DNA from: Basidiobolus meristosporus CBS 931.73
Taxonomy: Eukaryota > Fungi > Basidiobolomycota
Reading direction: 5' to 3'
Assembly (NCBI GenBank): GCA_002104905.1
Contig: MCFE01000589.1
Coordinates: 1 to 55,366 of the forward strand
DNA: 55,366 nt
Part shown: one piece after another, positions 16,104-29,876 of the stretch
Numbering within the stretch: the stretch's first letter is position 1
Layout of the letters: the number at the start of each line of letters is the position of its first letter
Notes under the pieces: model-generated
Databases searched by the model: none
Told to the model about the DNA's origin: nothing
Seen by the model: the letters and a program-made list of their open reading frames with translations, nothing else
Translations under genes and position numbers: made by a program

Positions 16104-16775
16104 TGTATGTAGTTCGAAATTAAGTACACAAGAAGCGATAAATAAAGTGGACCGGTGAGAGGGCTCGGGTTTCTTTTCTCAAGTGTTGGATGGAATAAAG
16201 GAACAAGTTGACTTTTTCTTTCGCTTGTTCAAGGCCTTTAACTAACCTATACGTAAAAGTGCCTCTACCCAACTAAAATCAATTCTTCAATGATGACGTT
16301 CTCAGATCAACCTCTACCCTTTCTACCGTCATTCCTGAGTTGAGAAATGTCGATTTTTCCCCCAGGAAAATTAGCGTATTCCTCATGGAGCTTACGTCAC
16401 ATTTCGATAATATCACGATTTGTAATGGTGATAGATCTCTAATGAATTCCTAGCCACTTCAAACCGTTAGCATGGTTCGTAGTAGAATCCATTATCGCAA
16501 TTACGGAGAGGGGAATGTTTCAAAATCCCGGCGAAACATGTGTTTCGGGATTCCGCCCTGACAAACTACCGGATTCCATCAGGAGGCGAATGTAGAAAAA
16601 AGAAAAAAATGGACTTCACACAATTCACGAGCGCATTCGAAAAAAAAAAGGAATTACCATTGCACCACAACCACCGTTTAAGAGCAATTTTTGTGGTAGC
16701 GTCTTTCCCGGCGGAATTCAAGTCAACAAATCAACCTCTCTTTGCCAGTTTGACAGCGAAGAGGATCTCAAAAAC

Positions 16776-17636
16776 ATGCCAAAGAGAATTAGAGCAACCA
16801 AAGAAGAGGAACCCTCCCTCCCTGAAGAGGTTGAGGAGGCTGAGGTCATGGGCCTGAGCGATGTGGATTCGGAGGGGTTAGACGAGGAAGACATTACCGA
16901 GCAGAAAGACGAATTTAGCGACGTCGATGCCTCGGAAGAGGGTTCTGACGAGGAGGATGATTTGGCCGATCTCGAACGCCCCACCAAGAAGCCCAAGAAA
17001 ACGAAAACCGACTTCGCTGATGCTATGGCCAAAATTCTTGGCACCAAACTGAAGCGCTCCGATAAGGAGGTAGACCCGAATTTCCCACCTTCTCGTGCCG
17101 GGACTTTGCTTGAAGAATAGGCACCCAGCTCACCTGTTGCGGGACTAACCTTTCCCTGTCCTTTTAGGCCCCCATTTTGGCTAGAAGCAAAGGAATTGAG
17201 AAGAAGATCGAGGAGGAGAAATTGGAGTACAAGGCGAGAAAAGCTCTCACCGCAGAAAAGAAGAAGTTGGCCCAGAAGGACCGAGTTGTTCCCGACCACA
17301 CCACTCTAGACTACGAGAAGAAGCTGAAAAAGGTGGCCACGCGTGGTGGTAAGTTGATATGAATGGGCTGGTGCGTGCTCGAGGGAAAGGGAGCGCTGAT
17401 AAATCTTCACATTCTAGTCGTTAAGCTCTTCAATGCCATCAAAGCGCAGCAAAAGGAGGCCGAGGGAGTACCAGTAGTGAAGGCAGCGGCGGACAAGGAG
17501 AAGGGTTAGTTGTTCCGATTCACCTGTTACCTGGGGGATGTTTTATTAATACCATGTGGATGTCAATCTAGTGGCCAGCATGTCCAAGGCCAAGTTCCTC
17601 GATATCCTGAAAGGTGGCAAGTCCGTGCCCAGTTAA
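16776..17636 (+). CDS. RRP15: Ribosomal RNA-processing protein 15 (Rrp15p domain), 4 exons
   Basis: Acidic N-terminus, FADAMAKIL, then ARSKG...DYEKKLKKVATRG|VVKLFNAIKAQQ...SKAKFLDILKGG. Confidence 0.88.
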
Positions 17637-17971
17637 GCACCGGACACGGCTTGACTGCACATTCCTTTTTGCTTCTGTAATCCTAACCACGGTCGCTGCC
17701 GACCACTTTATTCTATTACTTTGATAAGACCACCACTTTCGCAAATCCATGTACGAATATCTTTCAAAATGTCTGTTTTCCATTTTTTATAATATAGAAG
17801 TGGGCTCTTTCGATGCAAGAGTTTCCCAACCTTGGTTAAAATATCTCGCCGATCGTATTTCCCGACTATACAGCTGCTTAGCTCTAGACAAACGGATAGT
17901 GTTTACTTGAAAAACGTTACTGGGTATGGAGAGTGGTGTAGCAAAGAAGTAAAATGGGGGAGGTGATCCTT

Positions 17972-19458
17972 TCATGCAATGGACTCGTTCGTGTCGGAAG
18001 TCAACGTGCTGTAGGCGTAGGAGTTTAATGGGTAGCTTATGCCATCTCCGATGCTAAAGCATAGATGAAATTAGCAGGACGCTTCCATCAGTAAGAATCG
18101 CTGTACATTTACCTGTTGAACACTGGGATAAACCAGAGTTGCCATTTGGGGCCCATGACCTGCATGAAGTTGCGTCTAAACATACCAACCGGTTATTTCG
18201 GGATATCGATGTCAAGTATTAGGCGAGTTTGCGCATACCTCTTCCCTAGATCAAACAGGTTCACGTATTTTTGTGCGGCTGACTCGCCCTCTATTTTGTA
18301 GTTGTGCTTCTGGTATGTTTCAATGGTGGTTACATTGTTCAATATCATAGAGGTATGGAAGCCAGTAAACCCTATCAAGCATATGGAGAATAGACCACCG
18401 GCCAAAATTAGAAACACCCAGTGGATGCTTAGCAAGAAGATTCCCTACAACCCGAGCGTTAGTGAGAAGGGCTCTGTACCCGAGCAACATATAGGTCCTA
18501 CATCTTCCAGGCTGAGCAAATGGAACAGCGGTGGTAGGGTTGTCAGACAAACGAAGGTGCAGTAAAGAGCCCCGTACAGAATAAACAAATAGAAGAATTT
18601 CTGATTTCTGAAACCTACGCAATTATTGATCCTAAAACGATCGGTTACTTGGACTATCCAAGAAAATACCACTCCACAAGTAGATCACTTACCAGGGACA
18701 GTGACTAAAGAGCAGTATGTGCATATAGGTGGTTAGCGTGCTAACTGTAGTGAAGGGGCAAAAAGTCTTACTGGTCCATCTTCAAAACACACCTAAACAT
18801 TATTCCAGCTCAATTAGTTGGTGATGACGTCCAGATGGCGTGCAAACTCAACTTACTCTTGGCAAGCGCTGCAATGGTGAGCCCGATCTGGCTTCTCAAC
18901 TCTACATTTGCGACAGTATCTCTTTGTTCCATCGTTCTTGACGGTGACGGTGGCGTTTTCCTTTGTGCGTGGCAGAAGCCCATCCAAGTTCGAATCACTT
19001 AGATTGAGGTTCTCACTACTTTCTGCGAGGATGCTACAACCCTCACCATTTTCCTCGTCCAAAGGAACCAAGCTAGGTGGAGACTATTCACGGTATTAAC
19101 GTCAGGGAGAAAGGAGAGCAAAAGCGAAACTTCCATTAACCTGAACGGGATTTCCAGGGTTTGTGAACACGCACTTGAGGTAGCTCCACATGAACAATAC
19201 GAACAAAGCGTGGTATATGATCAGATACAATGCACCTTGGCAAGAAAAGAAATATAAATGCGAGTCATGCGGGTGGGGTTTTGAGTTTCACACAAAGGTA
19301 CCTAAGAAGGGATTCTCCTTGCGAATATAGCTACATACGCTGAATACGTATCCATAATAGGACCAACCTACGATGGATAAGCAGAGCAGCACCATAAAGT
19401 AGCCAGCGGTTTTCCATACCCTTTTACGAGTACAGCGTACAGTTAGTAGCGGATACAT
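17972..19458 (-). CDS. DHHC palmitoyltransferase (Pfa3/ZDHHC2-15-20-like), multi-exon
   Basis: RYCRKCRVEKPDRAHHCSAC, MDH(HC)P, NNCVGFRNQKFFYLF, FHTSMILNNVTTIE, NLFDLG, QVMGPKWQLWFIPV; ends SIGDGISYP...ESIA*. Confidence 0.9.
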
Positions 19459-19863
19459 TCTTTTCGAACCAAGTGGGACAGGTCAAATATTATACAATAC
19501 GGAAAGTCTATAAAACACAAGTCAAAGTAGGGTAAGTGGGAAAACGAGAGAAGGGAGCTACTAAATTTAGACTCCTCTTGATCACCTATCACATCCCAAC
19601 GCCTTCATATAATGTCACTAATCAGCCCGTAGTCAATATCAGGTAGGGCCGTTGATTTCAGCGATTCACTTTCATTTGAGATTGTCATAGGCTCCCTGAA
19701 TTTCATGACTTGTGCCCATATTATAATCAAGATTCCGCTTATAGGTTACTACGTTGTTGCCCTCCTTTGACACTTCCGCAGAGACTGACCAAACGATAGC
19801 TCCAAAACGTAGTGCTTGTGCTGTATCCCTCACCTCTCTTCATTCTCTATAGAGGCTACGATA

Positions 19864-22012
19864 ATGCCACCAACCAACGTCTCCACCTTTGTCCTGATTT
19901 ACGACTGGCTGATACTCGCAGGCTCTCAAATCCTATTTTTTGCATTTGGCTGGGTGTTCCTGGTAAAGAAGCTCTTCAAAGATTACGAACTCAACACTGA
20001 GCGGCATGGTTTACTACAAGTCGTGTTTGCCTCGACCTTCGCCATGAGTTGCACGCTGTTCGAGTTGATTATTTTCGAAATTGCCGGAGTCATGGAGAAC
20101 AGGTACCCTCTTGCCAGCAAGCAGTGAATGGTTTGGTGGACCTCCTTCCTGACTCTCTTGTCGTTTAGCTCTCGCTGGCTACACTGGAAACTTAACCTTT
20201 ACGGGCTGCTGCTAAACGTCATTGTGCTGATCCCGTTCTTCCAATTTTTCCTGTTTCTCAGCAATCGGCACGAAAGTAACCCACATCATTTCCCTCCGCA
20301 GCCACCCACACAGTCGGCTAACCTCTTTCCCCCGCCTTTTTAGGCTTCACCCGGCGTAACTGTTTACCGTTAGCGGCTGGTTGCTGGCTGGTGTACTTTT
20401 ATTTCTTCTGGAAAGTCGGGCATAAATTCCCCATTCAAAACGAGGACAAAGGTAGCTGAATATACAGCAGCACTTTCACGGGTTCTTGCACTTACGTATC
20501 GGAATAGGATTCTTCGCTATCGAGCCCGGACTAAGCAGGGTGGGTGTTATCGGGGTCACCATTATGGCGATTCTTTCGGGATTCGGTGCGGTAAACAGTC
20601 CGTACACCACGTTGTTCGTGTTCATGAGGTAAGCCATGTTCAATACAGACCGCGCGTGGGGTCGATGCTAACTCGGCCAACAGACAGGTTCAAGATACCG
20701 ATATCCTAGCTGCGGAGCGCAAGCTGGCCCAAACGATCGACATGATCATGAGCAAGAAAAAACGAATCGTCTCAGCTCAGATGAAGGTCAAGGGAACGCA
20801 AGAGGTAAGTGGATGTGGATTCCAAACTAACGATCTGGGCTAACCGGGTGGCAGAAGAACAGAAGCACAGGCGGGTTTATGCGACGCATGTTCAACACTG
20901 TAGCGACGAACATCGGGCTATCCGGCGAAAGTATCCTTTTCTCCTGAGATAACATCGCTTCACCAGGCCACCAAAACGAACCCTTAACTCTGACAGATGT
21001 CAACACGCTACGCCAGGAGATCGACGCTCTGGAAACGTTCAGCAGACAGCTATTCATGGATATCGACGATTTGTACCAAGAAAAAGTATTTCGGGCCGGC
21101 AGATCTCATCCAGGTGGAAGCTAACAACGACTCTACGACAGGATCGCCTCAAATATGCACAAACCTGGCAAGGAAAGTACTTCAACCTGATGGGCTACTT
21201 CTTCAGCGGATATTGCGTGTACAAAGTGTTTATGGTAGGCTTCTCTAGAAATCACTACAGATCTGTGTGTTCACGAAACCGTTGTTAGGCCATCATCAAC
21301 ATCGTTTTCAATCGCATCGGTAAGACAGATCCTATCACATATAGTCTGGCGTTAATGGGAACCCACGTGAACATGGAGGTCGACGTTCAATTCTGGTCGC
21401 AGCAGCTTAGCTTCCTCTTTGTCGGAATCATGATCATGTGCTCCATTCGCGGGATGCTTATCCAGCTGATGAAAGTATGTGGCTGTTGGACCGTTGCCAT
21501 TGGCTGCTTCGTACTGACCGCTCGCTAGTTCTTCAAGGCGTTCTCAACCAGCGTTTCTCCGGGAAATATCGTCCTTTTTTTGGCCTATATCATGGGAATG
21601 TACTTTCTAAGCTCAGTGCTGATGTTACGTATGAGTCTGCCATTGGAATACAGGTTCGTGTCACTTGCAGTTGCACTTGCACTTGCGCTCGTGCTCGCGC
21701 TTAACGAGCGTTTCTTTTAGAACCATCATATCTGAAGTGCTGAGCGCCATCGAATTCAACTTTTACCAACGCTGGTTCGATGTCATCTTCTTGGTGAGTG
21801 CTATCGCCAGCATGGTGTTCATCTACTTCGTGCATCAACAAGCGACGAATCCAGCAACCTCGGGATCTGTGGACTGCTTCGAGCTGCCAGGAATTGGATC
21901 CACCGGCAGAAGCACGGCAAGCTCCTTCGACTTCGATCGCTCGTCGCCTTCCCCCACATGGGGCAAAGGCTCAAGAAGCTTCGAGGCTTATCCGTATAAC
22001 CCCTTCACCTAG
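19864..22012 (+). CDS. GPR89: Golgi pH regulator / GPR89 (GPHR, plant GTG-like), multi-exon
   Basis: [114 protein letters not shown]. Confidence 0.92.
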
Positions 22013-22549
22013 ATCTAACAGCTTTTGAATGTACACTAGCACTTACTCCATAAATTGTACACAATTTCCCACGGGAAGCGATGCAGAGAAGCGATGCAGT
22101 GCTAGACTAATAGAGATATATTGCTGGTGGTATTGTGCGACGTAGTTGGCCAATATGTATCAATAGCCACGGATTAAGGGGTCGCTTAGATTAAGTAGAG
22201 AGCGTACGAAATCATGTGAGGTTATCTAGAGTTGACCACAAAGTTCTAAAAATATTTCGCTGGGATTTGTGTAATTCACCAGATGACGAGGAGCTCCCTC
22301 TGGGCAGAATGCCATAATCCCATGATTGATGTGACGTGCGGGGTGACTGCTCCAAATTAAATGCCACGAAATCACCGTATCATTGAATCAACGGAGAGAA
22401 AGCCCGTATTTTATTTCCGACGAATTAGCGTAATGCACAAGAACCACCAGGTGAGTTTGTAGTATGGTATTGGTGTAGTGGAAAAGCATCCATGAAATTG
22501 TCCCATCCTTGCATAAAGTACCATGGCCACCGACCCCAGTTGATACTCG

Positions 22550-22556
22550 TATAAAG
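22550..22556 (+). promoter_or_regulatory. TATA box followed by a pyrimidine-rich tract upstream of the ATP-grasp gene
   Basis: TATAAAG about 100 bp before ATG 22654, followed by a CT-rich tract (~22565-22652). Confidence 0.5.
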
Positions 22557-22653
22557 CGGCCAGCTCTTGCCTTTCTTGAACCAAGATCAACTCCTTTAAT
22601 ATCTTCTCTTCTGCTCCAGCTTCTTTTCTTGCTTTTCCTTAGTTTCTTTTCCT

Positions 22654-24355
22654 ATGAGCATCAACAGCGATCTTCAAGCGCCGTCCCCGAACGGGGTTGA
22701 GCGTCGCTCAAGCTTGGCTGATGGAGTCTCCATGGCCACTCAAACCAGCCAGCCTGCCAATCCTGACATTGTTGAGCAGATGCCCAGCAAGAAGGATCGC
22801 GGCAAGGTCTCGGCGAAATTGGTTAACTCTGGTGAGTTTGAGTCTGAGCAGCACTTCTACCCTCGTGTTCTCAATGCTCAGATTCACCCCCTTGTTTCGT
22901 CGTTCTTCACATTGGGTAACGAGCGCATCATGGCTCGCTATGCTCATTTGAACCCTCAGGTCGACACCAAGGTTTTAAGCAAGTTTCTGTGTGAATACCA
23001 TCCCAATCACTTCCAGTGGGCAGGTTAGCAAACCCAATGAGTAGTCTGTACGTTGTCCTGTTATTGACACTGTCCCTCTAGGATCGGATTTGTTTAACGT
23101 CACCAATGCGCAAGGACATCGTCAGATGATCATTGTAGAAACCAATTCGTGCCCTTCTGGACAGAAGTCCATGCCGTTGCTGAGCGACACCGATGAGTTC
23201 GGCGGTTATCGAATCGTGCTGGAATCTGCCTTCCGCGAACAATTAAGCACTGCCGACCCCAGTCTTGGTGGACTGGCGGTGATTTATGACAAGAATCAGA
23301 TGGAGGCCAGTGGGTATGCCGCAGTCATGGCTGATATCACCCACGAAAAGGTGCATCTGGTCGAGTATTACCAGGACGATAACGATCCACCTGTCAAATG
23401 GGTTGATCGCGTTTTGCACATTCGTGATCGCAATGATGGTAACTACTGTTCCACCCTCTCCTTCCCAACTCCCTCTGACGCTAACCTTCGTATAGAATGG
23501 CATTCGATCCGTGCCTGCTTCCGTTACGTGACGCAGAAGCCATGGAATCGTATTCCTTTGAATACTCGCACCGTTGTGATGAACAAGATTATCTCTTGCT
23601 TGGCTGGTGGCCGCAATAAAATGATGGCTGCTCGTGCCTACGAATTCCTCAATGCCGAGATCCAGGATAGTGGTCTAGCCGTGCGTATGCCCGAGACGAT
23701 TCGAAACGTAACCAAGAATGAGATTCCCCTGTGGATCGACTCGATGGGAGGCCAGGCGGTGCTTAAAGTGCCTTACAGCAACGCCGGCCAAGGAGTATAT
23801 ACCATCACCAACCCTAAGGAGCTTCAAGACTTCATGGAGACAGAGCATCATTACGACAAATTCATCGTTCAATCTCTTGTTGGCAACGCATCTTGGTCTT
23901 CCACCACCCGTGCTGGCCGTTACTACCATGTTGGCACCATCCCCAACCGCAGAAACCACACCTATGTTTCCGATCTGAGAATGATGGTTGCTGGAGATCG
24001 AAACGGCTTCCGACCGGTTTGTATTTATGCACGCAAAGCACGCAAGCCTCTGTTGGGTCATCTTGAGGATGATCCCACCTCCACTTCTTGGGAGATGCTT
24101 GGTACCAACTTGTCAGTGAAGAAAGAAGACAGTTGGTCCACTGAGACATCCAGACTCCTGCTGATGGACCGCAAGGACTTCAACCAACTGGGCATTGGGA
24201 TCGATGACTTGATTGATGCCTATGTGCAGACGGTGCTCAGCGTGGTGGCTATAGATAAAATGTGCGAAAGATTGCTGCCTAATGGGGAGTTCGATCAATT
24301 ACTATTTAGCGCGTTGAACCCCGATGACGCGCTACTTAACGAAATCGTATTGTAA
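22654..24355 (+). CDS. Uncharacterised circularly permuted ATP-grasp-like ligase, 3 exons
   Basis: Spliced ORF of about 530 aa with GSDLF...IVETNSCPSG, AVLKVPYSNAGQGVY, FIVQSL and SDLRMMV. Introns at ~23025-23080 and an in-frame one at ~23439-23495. Confidence 0.8.
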
Positions 24356-24459
24356 ATAACTTTTCTCAATCCTTTCCCCTGCTGTGCCCGTTCTCTCACT
24401 AAAATACATAATAAAATTAATTGGCTTCAATGGAGTTCATTGGTGTAGTATAATACAAT

Positions 24460-24705
24460 CTATAGGTTGTTGTAGGCCTCGCTGGAACGAATTAGATGAG
24501 GAGAGCGGTGTGTAGGTGAGATGGGGATGTGTGAGCCAAGGGAACCGAAGTCATCGTCGTGGAATATTCCGTTGGCGTATGTTCGTTGATCGTAGCTGGC
24601 ATCACGGCGGTCGAACTCGTAAGACCTACTTCTTCTCTTGGTGTACTTCCTCACTCTCCAGTGAGTAAAAAGGGAGGAGTTTTGAATCTTCTGGATCAAA
24701 CCCAT
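24460..24705 (-). CDS. Small basic hypothetical protein (81 aa)
   Basis: ATG-initiated intronless ORF MGLIQKIQNSSLFTHWRVRKYTKRRSRSYEFDRRDASYDQRTYANGIF..., filling the gap between two genes, with gene-like GC; no recognisable domain. Confidence 0.55.
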   Translation of the reverse strand: MGLIQKIQNSSLFTHWRVRKYTKRRSRSYEFDRRDASYDQRTYANGIFHDDDFGSLGSHIPISPTHRSPHLIRSSEAYNNL

Positions 24706-25049
24706 GCTAAATATACAAAGACTGTGAGGTTGGTCTCTAGCAATCGGCGCTTATATAGGTTGGAGACGGATGCTAATAATATAATATAGCAACAACAATA
24801 TAAAATGGCTTGGTGGATTTTAACCCTTCTTGGACAGGTAGACAATTTCATTGGGTTTGGCCAGATCTGGATTTGGTAGATATCACCAGAAGCTGATAAC
24901 AACACAGCAACAACGAATAATGAATCGGCCAAGAATGAATAATGTGGAGGAAAATTTCCCATTTGATGGACGCGTTGCTTGGTAAATAAATAGGTGTGAT
25001 TCTATTGATGGTTTATTGTTAACATATGCATCTGGGTGAGCGCGATTGA

Positions 25050-26582
<1,533 letters not shown>

Positions 26583-27220
26583 GATTGCTCTTTTAGCTCG
26601 AAGAGGTTTACTCGGTCTTCTTAACAATGATAAGAAACCGGGGCCGAATAAAAATACCAAGCAATCACATGTGGAATAGATGGCTGAGGATATAGCCACA
26701 TCTACATATATATAGTACCATACGTATATACAACCCATACGATCCGGATAAGACTGGTAATCAACTTGAATGCACCGGGAATAATAATAGTATTCAAAAT
26801 GTTTCTTATGTGGATCGGGCTCGACACTTGCCTACAATCACAGGAACGATCTTTCCCAAACCGAGGACTATGATACATTATGCATAATTTTATGTACTTG
26901 TTTATGAATATTAGAATACGCAGAGTTGTGATTATTTATGGAGATAAGAATATGCGGAATTGTGGTTGTTTATGAAGATAAATACTGACGATGCTAGCTT
27001 GCTATAGTCTGTATTCTAAAACTCTGGTGAGCTATTAATCAGCATATGAAAATGTTTCAAACAGTCCAAACCCAGAATCACTTGCTTGTATTGTCCCATA
27101 TCATTCATGTATCGTTTATTAGAAATGAATTGATGATATTATTGCTAATCTCCAAGTCTCCCAAACTTTGCACAGGACTTTTCATTCCTGTCTACTTGAA
27201 CTCAATTTCATTCTTCTGAA

Positions 27221-27597
27221 TGTTACTTCAGTTTTTATAGTGATTGGGTGAACTAATAGATTGTTCAGTGTTCACTCAATGATTTGAGTGTAGACGTTTA
27301 CAAGTAAAGCATATAGAATAAGCTTAGGAAGGTCCAAAGTACATGTGCACAATGCTTGGGGCCTTTTAGACAACTTGGGGAATATTTCGAATATGTTTCA
27401 CCAAAATGTCAGATACCAAAAATATGGTATAACTCCATCAGAATATTTGGTTAGGGATCAAAAAAGCTCATAATAGGACCTGAGTGACCAAGTTAATGTA
27501 AATATATAGGTGTAAATACAATATACCTGAAGCATTTTTGGCTTTCAGAATTCTTTAGCTATTTATGCGTTTAGGTGTAAATATGAAACTTACAACT
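27221..27597 (+). mobile_element. Diverged LTR copy 2 (same family as 2682-3016)
   Basis: Shares AGTGATTGGG, TTCACTCAATGATTT, AGGAAGGTCC..ACATGTG, GAGTGACCAAGTTA and terminal GGTGTAAA..TTACAAC with copy 1; internal duplication of TAGGTGTAAATA. Confidence 0.55.
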
Positions 27598-27747
27598 TCA
27601 AGTCCAAACCTTGACATGCCAAAGAATCATGACGGCAGCAACTGTGTTGAGAATTATCCACAGGTCGAGCATACGGGAGTTATTATTAATCTTAATCACC
27701 CATACATCTGGTTTTATATCTGGATACTCCTGTTCTTTGGAATCATC

Positions 27748-28079
27748 TGTTGCAAGATTCTAGGGAGTATTGGAGGTGATTTGGAGAACTAGAAGAATTG
27801 CATGATATTCACTTGTTGTTTCATTGAGTTCAAATAAAATATTTATACTTTTGGGGCAACCTCGTAAAGTTAATGATAGGAATGCTATAAAGAAGGTTCC
27901 AGGAAGCCATGTGCAGAGTTTAGGGGCTTCTCAACGAGTTTGAGAATTTTGATAACTTCCAGGTCTTCACTAATATCCTACGAACTAAATCTCAAGTAAA
28001 TAATTCACAACTTAGCAATAGGCTAAGTCGAATCTTACGTAATATGAATGGTTTAGGTGTAAACTAAATATTTACAACA
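27748..28079 (+). mobile_element. Diverged solo LTR copy 3 (332 bp)
   Basis: TGTTGCA...TACAACA termini; flanks TCATC / TTATC (4/5 match, putative TSD); internal blocks align to copy 1. Confidence 0.65.
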
Positions 28080-29078
28080 TTATCAACAGCAGATTAACAG
28101 GCTGCAACAGCCTTGTCTTCACTCAACAAACCAACAAGTGACAATCACACTAACGTCACCTTCGACGGAAATGCAAAAGAATCTGGACAATAGCTGGGAT
28201 GTATATTTTGGGAAGGAGGCTCTAATAGCCAAAAGTAACAAGAGTTTCCGAGATGAAGTGCTAGGAAATAGCAATATAGTCTAGTACTACCACCCACCGC
28301 CCACCGCCCACCACCTACTACTTGCTACCAAACACACTCGCCCACACTCGTCCACCCAGTAATATCACTATCGTTGATGACTAAGCTGGAAATCCAAACA
28401 AGTGGATTCACACCAACCCCTTTGCCGTCCTAGATCTTGGCACCGATCAAATTGCCTGAGATGTAGATGGGAAAAACCAGTGGCTGTATGGGAACGACGA
28501 TTGGCGGGTGACGGTTGTACTATCGTAACCAGTGGCTGAGATACAAAGAAGGCAGGAGAAAAGACTTGGTGAATTTGTTGGGTTCTTTGTGTATATATGC
28601 ATACAATCGCCAAACACTGTTCGACCTGATTTCCAAGTATATCCATTGCCTTCTAGACTATTCAGTCCTGATATATCACTTCGTGCTCAACACCGGCAAG
28701 TTATTAATCTTAACTAACGCGCTAGTATACTTTCGATCCGAGCCAGACAGATACATGTGATGCCTTTTATACCTATTCTAATGCGGTGACCGATTAGAAC
28801 ATTCCATGGGCAGTTGTGTGCAACGATACTTAATAAATTCGCACTGAGTTACTAATATAGTAGGTGCGGTGTGCATTTGAAGACTATCCCTTTATTGATG
28901 AGGCAAGGATCAATATGTATCTAAATGGGAATGCTCAATGTCTATGTTACAGAAGCAATTATTAGAAGGATTTCGGGACCCGGTGGGGGTCTGTGGAAAC
29001 AAAGTCGTTAAGAAATTTTTACAGCAAGTGAGGGAATGAATCTAGATGCTACAAATGATGCTAATCATGAGGGTTGGA

Positions 29079-29876
29079 TCAGCGCTGAGAAGCCGCATTG
29101 CGCAAAACCTCCAACTCCCGTAGAACGTCGCAAAGTTTGGTTTTGAGCTGACTGTTCTCGCTCTGAAGTGCGTGGTTGACTCTTTCGAGATCATGCAAAA
29201 ACTGGGTGCGTTTTTCCCGGCTTCTACGAGCGGCGAGTCTGTTACGCTCTCGTCTTCTGTTGAGACGCTTCTCGACCACGGTTTGTTGTTCGCAATCGCC
29301 AGCTTTGGTAGATGGTTTGGATTCCCTTGGTTTCGAGTTGTTGTCTGAGCTAACTTGATCTTCAGTGGTAAAGGTGGCCGATCTTGGGCTGCTCAACTCT
29401 TCACTCATGAAGGAGTTGCTTTTGTCAGTTGGTAAGGGAATGCTAATTGATGCACGGCGCATTGACATGTCCATATTGTTTAGATTCATTGGGGTTTCCA
29501 GGTCACCCCAAGATACAACTCTTCTGCGACCTTGAGCCAGGTCTGGAAAATCAGCAAGTGAGTTGTCGGGAAAACTCGAACGTCTGTGGTTGAATGGTTC
29601 GGTGGGAAAATTGGTCAGGATGTTTCCCGTATTGTCCCATTCGAATGCCCCCATGGAAACAGCTTGGGAAATGTCATTGTTGAAGCCTGGATTCATTTGA
29701 TAGTTGATTAGGTTCTCATATCCATTGACATCGCTGCTATTGTCAGTGGGCTTCAGGTTCTGTGGGTTGGTCAACTCGCTGTCCTTAGAATCCATGTAGC
29801 CCCATATGGGATTGGAGAGTGATTCGGAGATAAGGTGAGAGGGAAAACTGCCCAAATTGTTAGTGGCGAGCTCCAT
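29079..29876 (-). CDS. bZIP transcription factor (intronless, 265 aa)
   Basis: C-terminal basic region KRLNRRRERNRLAARRSREKR followed by a leucine heptad (L..LE..N..L..EN..LK..L). Confidence 0.88.
   Translation of the reverse strand: MELATNNLGSFPSHLISESLSNPIWGYMDSKDSELTNPQNLKPTDNSSDVNGYENLINYQMNPGFNNDISQAVSMGAFEWDNTGNILTNFPTEPFNHRRSSFPDNSLADFPDLAQGRRRVVSWGDLETPMNLNNMDMSMRRASISIPLPTDKSNSFMSEELSSPRSATFTTEDQVSSDNNSKPRESKPSTKAGDCEQQTVVEKRLNRRRERNRLAARRSREKRTQFLHDLERVNHALQSENSQLKTKLCDVLRELEVLRNAASQR

Noticed and set aside
22180-22280. Weak resemblance to the LTR family (GTCGCTTAGATTA; GCTGGGATTT)
   Set aside because: Matches are too short and no termini or TSD are present.
28368-28760. Short ORFs with a repeated AACCAGTGGCTG (NQWL twice)
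   Set aside because: A single 12-bp repeat, no recognisable domain and no consistent frame.
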